From Eledone cirrhosa (lineage: Eukaryota), in NCBI GenBank assembly GCA_964016885.1, contig OZ024745.1:98890001-98954000 (forward strand): DNA of 64,000 nucleotides, given 5' to 3'. The position numbers and the translations under genes are program-made. Positions 53,001 through 64,000 of the stretch are shown piece after piece (within the stretch, counting starts at the first letter, position 1; every line of letters starts with the position of its first letter). A model generated the notes under the pieces. That model ran no database searches and was not told the DNA's origin. It was given only the letters and a program-made list of their open reading frames with translations.

Positions 53001-53464
53001 CATTTCTACATATACTGTCCCATCTAACCCATATCGGCATGGAAAAGCAGATAAGTATTGAATCATTTAATTTCACAAATCTTTTTCACTTCTCTTTATT
53101 TTACTTTAGCTTTTCTGGCTATCAATCACCAGAAAGAAACATTTTGTTTTCAATGTCTTCATATTGATAATTCTCAAAAGAATGAGAGCAATGGAACTTC
53201 TAGGTTGTGAGTGTTGTACTCTAGAAAGTCAGCAGTTGATGAAGAGCTGATTTTTTTTTTAATGAAGCAAACAGCTAAAACTTACAACTCTGACAGCAAT
53301 TTTTACTGAGTTCCTAATTATATTATCTTCCCTGACCACAAAAGACTAGCTTTCCTCTTCAGGGCTAGAAAATAATTCACCTCTTCATCAATTATGGACT
53401 TTCTAGAGTATGGCAGCCATAGCCGAGAAGTGTTGCTGCTACACACACACAAACATCATAGATT

Positions 53465-55813
53465 CATCATCATCATCATCATCATCACCGTTTTATGTCC
53501 GTTCTTCCACGCTAGCATGGGTTAGACGGGTTGTCCTGTTGTGGGCAGTGTCTGGTTGGCTGACCATGCCTTGCTCATACAGGAACTGATTTGGCTTGAT
53601 TTCTACAGCTGGATGCCCTTCCTAACACCAACCTCATTTACAGTGAGTGCTGGGTGCTTTTTCGTGGCGCCTACACGTCCACTTTACAGTGTGGGCTGGG
53701 TGCTTTTTGCCGTGGCACCTCCACGACCACCTTGCAGTGGGAGGGTGTGGGGGCATATTGTCTATATGCTCCAGCTTGTACCCATGGGAGGTCAGGTACT
53801 CTGTATTACTGCGTGACGCCAGAGGTCACGGTCGTGTGTCATCGCCTTTGAGAGGTGTAATTGGGTAAGGTCGGCTTTTATCACCTCATCCCAGGTCATC
53901 TTGGGTCTCCTCACTCCGCGGTTTCCATCGACTTCTAGTGCTCTGCACCCTTTTATGCAGCTGTCATCCTTCATACGCATCACATGTCCATACCAACGCA
54001 TCCGCCTCTCCTGCACACAGCATTTGATTCCTCTTATGCTCAGTCTCTCTCTCAATTCATTTATGCTTTGTCGTTCGCGTATATTACTATTACACATCCA
54101 TCGGAGCATTCAGGCTTCGTTTCTCTCTAATCTACGTAAGTCTTCCACCTTCAGCGCCCAGGTCTCACTACCATGTAACATTGCTGTTCGGGTACACGCA
54201 TCATACAGTCTGCCTTTCATTTTGAAGGAGAAGCCTTTTGCAGCTAGCAGAACTTCTTCCATCCCGTTCTTACCCTAGTTATTGTACTTTCTGAACACCC
54301 ACCTCCACTGCTAATTCGGTCACCTAGGTAGCAGAAGCTGTCTACTGTCTCTACAGAGCCCTCCCAGAGATTGGTGGTACTTGTTTCCTGTGGCTGTTTG
54401 CTGCTTGCTGTCCCAGTACAGCTGCTGCATGTGAAGCCTACATTCTTAATTAAGCTTCCTGAGATCCCGCTACATCTCTTGTGTACCCATTGTTTGCATT
54501 TGGGGCAGAGAATGGAGTTCCTACCTACACCTTTCCTACATACTGAGCAAGGCCATTTCCCTGAGGGGATCTGGGTTCTGTTTTCTCGTCTACTTACAAG
54601 GATCTTAGTCTTTGTCATGTTGACTTTGAGATCCTTTCTTTCTAGTCCCTGCTTCCAAGTTTGAAATTTATTCTCTAGTTCTACCATAGATTCAGCTATA
54701 AGTGCGAGGTCATCAGCATACAGGAGTTCCCATGGGCATCCGGTCTTAAACTCCTCCGTTATTGCCTACAGGACTATGATGAACAGGAGAGGGCTAAAAA
54801 CAGAGCCCTGGTGGACCCCAACCTGTACGCTAAATTCCTTGCTATACTCATTGCTAATCCTAACTTTGCTGACTGCTCCCCTATACATGGCTTGTACAGC
54901 TTTCACAAGCCATTCATCTACTCCTAGTTTTCTAAGAGCCCACCAGATTACTGCACGTGGAACTCTGTCAAAGGCTTTCTCGAGATCGACGAATGCCAGG
55001 TAGAGTGGCTTACTTTTAGCTAGGTACTTTTCCTGTAACTGCCTCACAAGGAAGAGGGCATCAGTGGTGCCTCTTCCTGGTACAAACCCAAATTGCATCT
55101 CATCTAGTTTCACCCAGTCCCTAATCAACTGTGCTATAACTCTTTCTGTTACTTTCATGACCTGGTCCATCAGCTTTATACCTCTATAGTTTCCTCTATC
55201 TAGTGCATCACCTTTACCTTTGTAGCAGTTGACAATGATGCTACTGCACCAATCTTTTGGTATGACACCTTCTAATATTACCTGGTTAACAATACGTGTG
55301 GTTATAGTGTGACCTACAGACCCAGATGCCTTCAGTATCTCGGCAGCTATACCCGATGGACCGGTTGCCTTCCCCATCTTCATATCTTTGATTGCCTTAC
55401 TTACTACGCTGCTGCTGACTTGTACTGCTGACCCCTCTATAGGGTCTACTTGGGGTAGGGTCTCTTCTTCCCATGCATTCTCCTCATTTAGTAATCTATC
55501 ATAATGACTCTTCCATGCATCTTTCTTCTCAGCACTTGTGAGGGCAAGCTCACCTTTATCATTCCGGATACACTTCTCTCTGACACACTGCCTCGCAATC
55601 TTGAACACCTCCTGTTTCTGGTCCTCATGTTGCAAAACATGCTTGAATTTTCTATCCTCTGCTTCCCTCCTAGCTAAGTATACTTGTCGCCTAGCTTCCC
55701 TCTTGGTCTCTATGTAATGTACCCAGCTTCCCTCTTGGTCTCTATGTAATGTACCCTGCTCCCCCCGTTCTTCCTTCTTTCCATGCCTGTCTCTTGGCCT
55801 AAACTGCCTCATC
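53465..55813 (-). mobile_element. 5'-truncated RTE-clade LINE: RT domain, PHD-like finger, C-terminus, 3' UTR and (GAT)n tail
   Basis: NYRGIKL, QFGFVPGRGTTDA, FVDLEKAFDRV, GVHQGSVFSPLLF, LLYADDLAL, FCYLG, HGSETW and RMRWYGHVMR. One in-frame TAG at 54766-54768, a frameshift near 54250 and a 32-bp duplication near 55693-55756. Confidence 0.96.
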
Positions 55814-58800
55814 TTCTAAAATGAGACCCAATTACAACCTATAAACAAAGACTGTTTAATGAACACAACATTTGGTCCATAGATGTGTCTATTTTGTCAG
55901 TCTTTATTTTTTATTGCTACTACTTCAGCTTCTACTCCTCTCAATTAGCTAGATGTTTGCAACATCCCTAACTGCACATATGCAGCATTCCCCCTTTTGT
56001 CATCCATACAATGATAATGATGATTGTGTTTTGCTTTTTCAATCTTTCTATTAAGTAGTATACTTAATCTTTCCTTCCAAAATGTTGAGCTTCTGTTGAC
56101 CCTTCCAATCCAGGTTTTCCCAGCAAACATCAGTTTACAAATATTCAAGCTGAATACCAACCCCCAGTGATGGAGGCCTTGGGAAGGTGATGAGCACTGT
56201 CCCTTCCTCCTAACTAAACTGTTAAAATACAGATAAAAAATTTCAATATCATCATCATCATTCTACTTCCTCTTTTTCAAGCTTGCATGGGTTAGATAGG
56301 CCACAGGCAATCCTCCTTCCACTAGTAGCATTCCTTCATCATCTCTTGTGAGGTTCGCCTTATTTAGATCAGTTCTGACAATCTCAGTCCAAGTTTTATG
56401 GGTGCTTCTATTATATGAAAACAATGCCAACTTCCTTACATACAACAGAATATTCAAAAGACAAAATAGCTGTGTGGTTACGGTGTTTGCTTTGCAATCA
56501 CTTGATTCTGGGTTCAATCTCTCAGTGCAGCACCTTCGGCAAGTGGCTTTTGCAATACATTCAAGTTGACTAATGCCTTGTAACTGGAATTTGGTGGACA
56601 GAAAATGTGCAGAAGCCCATTATATATAGAGAGAGATGTGTGTGTGTTATGTTGTTCTCCTTTTATGTCCAACAACTTCCTAATCCCTTGAAGGCGATGT
56701 TCTGGCATGGCCTTAGTCAAATAACTGAAATCAGTAAAAGAGTATCCTTAGTGGTCACTAAATATTACTAGAATTTACTAGAATAACCACCATAATATAT
56801 TCCCAGGTTTCTTTTCACAGCAAGATTAAATATTTTTTCAAACACAAATATAGTTCATTATACCAAATATTTTATTCCAATTTTACAACCAACCAGTAAA
56901 ACTGTTCCATAGAAATACTAAAGGAAATGATAAATATGTTTTTTATGTTAACACAACAATAGACACATGGGATTTATTTTAGCCATTAATATCAGCAGGC
57001 CCTAACATAACATTGAATACTTTGTAATTAAAAAAAATATATATTTTGCCAGTCTGTAAAAACACTTGATTATGTATTTGTTTTGGCAGAAACTCGATAG
57101 CAAAAATCGTGTAGCTTACTAGTGAGTATAAGATAGTAGTTTAAAGACTAATGAAATCCAAAATAATCTGATAACAGAAAAACAACCAATTCATGACTAA
57201 TAATAGTTAAAAAGAGACACTACTAGTAAACCTGTTACACTAGTTCAGAAATAGACAACATATTTTATTTAAGAAGTAGTGTATTAGGTTAACCTAATGA
57301 AAAATAAATAGAGATACATTTATAGAAATTGGTAGCTTATAAATAGGAATAATGAAAGTGTTTAACAGTTTAAAAGAACTGTTAGGATGAAACAAGAAAA
57401 CAGCTTTAGATTAAACAATTCTATTGATAATGAAAATAAGAGAATTTCTTTTTACCTCTTTTTTAGTCGCTATATCTAGCACTGAACCCTATTATTATTA
57501 GCTCTGTCATCTTCCTCTAGTCGGGAAGGGCAGGCAGATTTCACCTGCCTGGTGACCATTTCAAAAGAAGTGCATGGGGAGAGCAATACAGGCTAGATGC
57601 TACCAGCTAAATATAGTTGAGGTTTCCTCAAAAAAGAGACAAGAGAGTAAAGTCATTTGTGAAGAGACAATTACATTTTGAATTTTCCAACTGCTACTTA
57701 AATCAATCAGATGTTATATTAAAGTTTGAACATCTATTAATTTCTGGGCTATCAATGCATACTTATATTCTGCAAGTACACTAGTGTTATATATATTTCT
57801 GACCATACCCTTTATTTTAAAATACATTAATGAAAGTTTAATAAGAAATTTATATAATTTAATATCCATCATCCCCTGCTAACAAGGGTTGAATCATTAT
57901 ATTATACATACATTAAGGAACATATCTTATATTAAGCACTCTGTCTTAATATAAATTACTTCAATTTTTGTATTTTGAATATTGATCTATAATATTCAAG
58001 CATAAATAATTTTTAAATGCATTTAAAAACGTGATGGACTGGCAGAATCATTAGTGTATCAAACAAACTGTGATATTTGTTATGGATGTTTATGATCAAA
58101 TTTCAAGTTTTACTTGTATTTCCTTCTTCACCAAAAATTAAAATCTTGTGGTTATGTAAAAAATCAATATCATACATCAAATAAGTTATATCATAATTAT
58201 ACACCCACACAAATGATTATATGTGCTAGAACATGCATACCAGAGAGAATGACTCATCGTTTGGAAAACAAAGATTTAAAATTTCTGATGGAAAGAAAGA
58301 GAGAAAAAAAAAACGAACAAAAAAGATCAATGGAAAAAACATTTGCTAGACACGAGACAAACAGGAGACAAAATAATCTGCAAAAGCAGCAAAACTGATA
58401 TTGTTAATTTTCACACACAGATATAAGTAAAATTTTTATTAAGATCATGCCAACTTATAAACTAATTAGAATGGTTTAACCCTTTCATAACCATATTTCT
58501 TATGAGAGTCACTGCCTATATGTTTTAGTTAATTTTGAAAATAATCAAGAATTTTGAAAGATTTAATAAAATAACTTTCTCATTAAGTTGAGTGTTTGGT
58601 ACAGAATTTAAAAAGTTCTAAGATAAAATTATAATGGAAGTCTTAAATTTAAAAATGAACACATTTAAACAAACAATATTTTATTACAGAATCAGGGGTG
58701 GTTTCAAGTGGTTTTTAAAGAACATTTACATGCTCAAGAAAGAAAATTTAACAATATACAAAATAAAAAAGAAATGAGGCATACACAAACATGGAGAGAG

Positions 58801-59518
58801 AGAGAGAGAGAGACTTTCCATAAAAGTGGCAAAAAATATAAACTCTAAAACAAGACAATCTTAATACATTCAATGTTGTGTGTACATTAATTTACAATTG
58901 AAATATTAAGTGGAAAAAATATAAATTCAAATCAATGTACAGGAAAATATTGGGCAAGGTAACAGGCTTCCACTGGAATAGAATTAACATAAAAATATTT
59001 ATTTGAATAATATTAATGATAGTAAGTTGACATTTCCCCAAGTGGAGTTTTTATAGACGTTTCAGAGAGAGAGGGAGGGGAGAGAGAGGACACTTTATCT
59101 TGCAGATGAGAATGAGAAGAAAAAAAAAAGCAATCTTTACCTTTATAAGAGATCAGATATGCTAATTAATTCAAATTAATTTGAGCAAATTTAAACATTT
59201 CATTTGATTTCATAGAATAATGTCATACCTTGTCTTTCTTCCTTAAGGAATAACTAATTACATAAACTAACTAATTATTATTTCCTGGCAATGGGGAAAG
59301 GAATGAGTACTCATAGATAAATTCTATTGAAATTCCGTTTAAGCACACAAATTGTGATTATTAAAGGCATGATTATGAAATTTAAGGTGAAAACGTCACA
59401 ATCTAGAGCAGTTCTTTGATAATGTAGCTACTGATTTAACTGTACTTCCTGTAGAAGTTCCGACTTCCACCAATTGAAAAAATAGGTGTTATTGGGGGAG
59501 GGAGGGGCTGAATAATAG

Positions 59519-60071
59519 GCAAAGTGGGAGGTGAGTGAAGAGAAAGTGTGGGGGGGGGGGGGGGTGAGAGGGGGGTGAAGAGAAAGTGCAAGGGTGATGG
59601 GCAAAGTGAAAGGAGAGTGATGAGGAAGTGGGGGTGATGGGCAAAGTGAAAGGAGAGTGATGAGGAAGTGGGGGTGATGGGCAAAGTGAGAGGTGAGTGA
59701 AGAGAAAGTGCAGGGGTGATGGGCAAAGTGAAAGGAGAGTGATGAGGAAGTGGGAGGGGGCAAAGTGAGAGGAGAATGAAGAGGAAGTGGGAGGGGGCAA
59801 AGTGAGAGGAGAATGAAGAGGAAGTGGGAGGGGGCAAAGTGAGAGGAGTGTGAAGAGGAAGTGGGAGGGGGCAAAGTGAGAGGAGAGTGAAGAGGAAGTG
59901 GGGGTGATGGGAAAAGTGAGAGGAGAGTGAAGAGGAAGTGGGGGTGATGGGCAAAGTGAGAGGAGAGTGATGAGGAAGTGGGAGGGGGCAAAGTAAGAGG
60001 TGAGTGATGTGAGAAAGGAAGTGGGGGTGATGGACAAAGTGAGAGGTGAGTGAAGAGAAAGTGGGAGGGAC
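59519..60071. repeat. G/A-rich minisatellite with ~32-36 bp units
   Basis: gggcaaagtgagaggagagtga(a/t)gaggaagtggg(ggtgat/ag) reiterated. Confidence 0.92.
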
Positions 60072-60165
60072 AAGTGGACAGTAAAACACACTACAGAAAC
60101 TATGAACAATCAAAGATGCAGGAGCAATAAAAGGTTAAGTGCTAAAATGTACCTCAGAAAAAAGA

Positions 60166-60212
<47 letters not shown>

Positions 60213-60216
<4 letters not shown>

Positions 60217-60554
60217 TCATCATCATCATTTCATTTTACGTCCACGTTTCCCTGCTTGCAAGGGTGGGACGGGAACTGATTCTGGCTTGATTTTTACAGC
60301 TGGATGCCCTTCCTAACACCAACCTCATTTACAGTGAGTGCTGGGTGCTTTTTTGCCGTGGCACCTCCACGACCACTTTGCAGTGGAATGATAGGGACCC
60401 CAGTCCCTATCATCTCATTTCTACAGCTGAGTAAACTGGAGCAATGTGAAATAAAGTGTCTTGCTCAAGGAAACAACACATCACCCGGTCTGAGAATTGA
60501 ACTCACAACCTTTCAATTGCAAGGCCAATGCTCTAACCACTAAGCCATGTGTCT

Positions 60555-60556
<2 letters not shown>
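60213..60556 (-). mobile_element. tRNA-headed SINE with RTE-derived tail (copy 3), inserted in a (TA)n tract
   Basis: Near-identical to the other two copies, with (TA)n on both flanks. Confidence 0.9.
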
Positions 60557-60594
<38 letters not shown>

Positions 60595-60611
60595 ATACAA
60601 ACAGACATTAA

Positions 60612-60801
60612 CCCTTTAGCATTCACATTACTCTATTATATTTTCATGGTAAAAACTTTATCTTACATAATAATCTATGAGATTTTGATGTTTATTTTGA
60701 GAACAATACCATAACATCACTATAAGTGGCCGGTTACAGCTGGTTTGAACAGAAAGAGATGAGAGAATTCTGGCCGGATACAGCCGGTTTAAATGCTAAA
60801 G
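60612..60801 (+). mobile_element. piggyBac-type MITE family A with clipped right end
   Basis: TTAA|CCCTTTAGCATT ... GGTTTAAATGCTAAAG. Confidence 0.82.
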
Positions 60802-62029
60802 AGAAGGGGATAATGTTAGTTGTATAGGATGGACTGGCATACAGGTGTAAAAGGTATTACTATATGCATGTATATACATGTGCATATCAACTCGAATATT
60901 CGTGAACTTGAAGAAGTTGAAGTGAAGGCATTAAAATTTGGTGAAGGAATGACAAACTGGGAATAGAAAAACTGTTTAGTAATGCCTGTTGGGGAAAGCC
61001 AAACCACAGATAAACAGAGTTTCATTCTTCTTACGTTTATAGATATAAAACTGTTCACCAATGCCAAATGTGAAAACTATGCCATCAGTGAACAATATTT
61101 GATTCTTCTTACATTTACAGGTATAAAACCTATATTGAAAAACAACTTTACACATAGGTTTGGAGATATTTTGAGCACTATATCCAAAACAATGGAGGGA
61201 CTTATGAAAGGATCACCTAAATCAGTGCTTCTCAACTTTATTTGACCCAGAGCAGCCTTTTGAATTTTCATAGATATTATTATCATCATCACCATCATCA
61301 TTTTATGCCTGTTTTCCATGATGGCATGGATTAGACAAGTTGCTATGTTCTGAGATTTGACAGGTCAGATAACTATGCCTGCTCATATGTTCTATTCCGG
61401 CATTGTATCTACAATCGGTTGCTCTTTCTAATGCCAACAGGGTTTACTGTGTGCATTTTATTGTGGCACCAGTACTACTACCTTAAAGGGTTGACTTGGT
61501 GTCTTTTTTATAGTGGCACCGCCATTATCATTTTACAAAGTAGGCTGGGTTCATTTTATCATGGCAAACGAAAAAGAAAAAAAAAAAAATCACCATTTGC
61601 AATATTTATCTCTTGTAACTGTTTCAAATAAAAACAAAATATATGGAGTAGTTTATAAAAACTGCAATTTCTGTACAGATAAAATAATCTATCAGCAAAC
61701 AAAGCCCTATAAAGACATAAATGTGCAATTGAAGTACACACAAGATTATGACGGTCAAAAATTAACTTTAATACTGTATTTTATTTACAAAAAGATAAAA
61801 ATCTTAGAAACTAAATCGAGCTGGGGGCCATATGTGTGATGCAATCCTGGGCCATTTCAGAGGTCATAAATTCCAATTAAGTATTGAGTTGGTCTGTGAC
61901 AACCCACCCAACCCTTGCTAGCAGTGAAAAGATGGACATTAAATGTTGATGATGATTCATTTTTGCATTATTTTCTTTGGGTGTTACTAAATAAATTCTT
62001 CAATGATATTGTTTCTATGTGATTGTTTT

Positions 62030-62148
62030 ATAATAATTGGTTTTATTTTTGGCACAAGGCCAACAATTTCCCCAGTACATTACTGATGCTTTATTTTATT
62101 GACCCTGTAAGGATGAAAGGCAAAGCTAACCTTGGCAGGATTTGAATG
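62030..62148 (-). mobile_element. Nin/Deu SINE 3' half
   Basis: ttttggcacaaggccaacaatt..cccagt..tttattgaccctgtaaggatgaaaggcaaagctaacc. Confidence 0.75.
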
Positions 62149-62855
62149 TTTTATAATAATAGTACATTACAGTAGTAAATGATTGTAATACACAATATTT
62201 ACACTGCTGAAATTAGCACGAAGAATGAAACATGAGAATTATGATAATGTGATTGTAGGTCTGGCATTTAAATTTATGTGTAGCCCCCTCAGAAATTCCT
62301 ATGGCCCCCAAATGTCCCATGTTTTCATGTGAATCCCCCCCCCCCAAAAAAAAAAATGTGATATGGCTCCCTGGGGATTGTACAGCTCATGGTTAAGAAT
62401 CACTGACCTAAATGGTGTATTATGATTATTCATAGCTTCTGTATAACTCTTCACTGCACCTTTCTTCCTACCCTCTTTTTACCTCATCCTTAGACCACTG
62501 ACCTCCAAACTAACTTGTTTTGCCTAGTTACCTTCTCTTCCTTCCTTTCCCTACTCTTCTTCAAACCTATTTATTCAACACTGTCAGAAAATATTTCATT
62601 TTTCTCTGAAGAAAAGACCATGCCTGAAACACTACACTTCAGAGTGTGACATACTTGTTTATATTTGTCAAATTTATTTGCTGATATTTGCCAATGCAGT
62701 TTCCCCATACTTAGCTTTCCATGTTGAGAAACAAACTGCCTATTTCGAAGTTGTATTTGTTTGCCAAGTGCCCTGATATGAGATTGTGTGTTGGAACTAA
62801 ACCAATTGTATTGTAGCAGAGTTGTGATATCCATTTAAACATACATATACAGTTA

Positions 62856-63334
62856 TTTACATATCTAAAACAGAGAATGGCTGTCTGTCTGCTTCCCTAA
62901 AACTCGAGAACCACCTAACCGATTGTTTTCAAACTTTACACATGTAATACTTATGGTCCTGTGAGTGTTTTAAGAAAAAAAAATTTCAATTTTCAATGCT
63001 CTAGGGACCGCATTAGGCGATCTCTCTCTATAATTCTTAGTCTTTCTTTTTAGATAGATACATAGATATAACGTTGCGCTCTTATAATATCTGTCTGTAT
63101 GTCTGGCTGTCTGCATTACAACATTATGACGTTGCTATCTGACAGACAGACATTCTCTGTTTTAGATATATAGATATATATTAGATATATATATATAATT
63201 ATATATTCGTGTACAGATATTTTTGCATATATAAACAAACGTATTTATTTCATGAGGCTCGATAAGGATAAATATATATCAAATATATAAGACCCCTAGA
63301 GCAAATCCCAAGCTACGCCGGGCCATTCTACTAG
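62856..63334 (+). mobile_element. Non-autonomous Helitron/DINE-1-like element
   Basis: 5' atatctaaaacagagaatg(g)ctgtctgtct, degenerate hairpin ccca-agctacgccggg and CTAG|T end. The layout matches 4829-5333. Confidence 0.72.
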
Positions 63335-64000
63335 TATTCACTATTCTTTTATTTTGTAATAGTAGTATGTACTATTAAGTATGAAAGGCATTTTGTTGTA
63401 TATCTCCAACCTGATCACTGACACACTATTATGTTGTATACTGTGAATTGTAAACAGATAAAGAAAGGTTTAATCTAAAATATACAAAGGATAAAAAATA
63501 AAAACAACTAGTGAGATACAAAAATAACACACTTGGGAGTTTCTATATTTTTAAGGAATAACCTCGGGGGCACTTAATATTTCAGGGGACCTGGTCGTAT
63601 TTAAAAGGGAAACCTTTGTCACTATTATTTTACATTTGCTTTCCATTCTGGTATGGGTTGTTCAAATCTTGTATTAATTAATCATTATACATCTAATGAA
63701 TTTCTCACTGCAATGGTCATCAATATTACCTGGTAACTTATTTCTTCAAAATGTTTGTTGAATTCATTAAGGACAACAAAATATAATTAATCTGAATGAT
63801 TCAGACTTCATATTATAATTATTTTAAAATATCTGGAAAAATATAACCTAACATCCATTTACCATTTAATTATATATTTTTATTTATTTAGCACTAATTA
63901 AAAGCTTTTGTGTAAAAAAAGAAACAGTAGAAAATCTAGGCACTTCAAGACATTTGGTAAATTGCTGACCATTTATTTAAATTATTTAACAAGTTTCTGT

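Noticed and set aside
59428-60113. Pro/His/Ser-rich ORFs in three frames
   Set aside because: Artefact of the G/A-rich repeat.
45273-64000. Upstream DIP2 exons (LELELSEGDITQKGYEKKR and RYHS motifs)
   Set aside because: Not found by eye. They are probably outside the window, though a small exon could have been missed.

Overview
AT-rich animal genomic DNA. It is most likely a coleoid cephalopod such as Octopus, inferred only from the SINE/LINE repertoire and the long AT/AC microsatellites. The window lies inside one large minus-strand gene recognisable as DIP2 (disco-interacting protein 2). Four well-supported small N-terminal coding exons (45135-45272, 28328-28570, 10410-10556, 1055-1110) and one candidate cassette exon (1695-1763) splice in frame; the gene start and the AMP-binding domains lie outside the window. 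The introns are filled with transposon debris: a 5'-truncated RTE-clade LINE with an embedded PHD-like finger, tRNA-headed SINEs that borrow its tail, Nin/Deu-domain SINEs, a dead mariner, two piggyBac remnants, two piggyBac-type MITE families (nested), two non-autonomous Helitrons, foldback elements and several minisatellites, including a 20 x 83 bp array with three interspersed variant types. I see no CRISPR array, operon or clearly new multi-gene system. The most interesting items are the DIP2 splicing architecture, inverted repeats able to form dsRNA in the pre-mRNA, and element-partner relationships. All assignments were made by eye from motif recall, with no database search.
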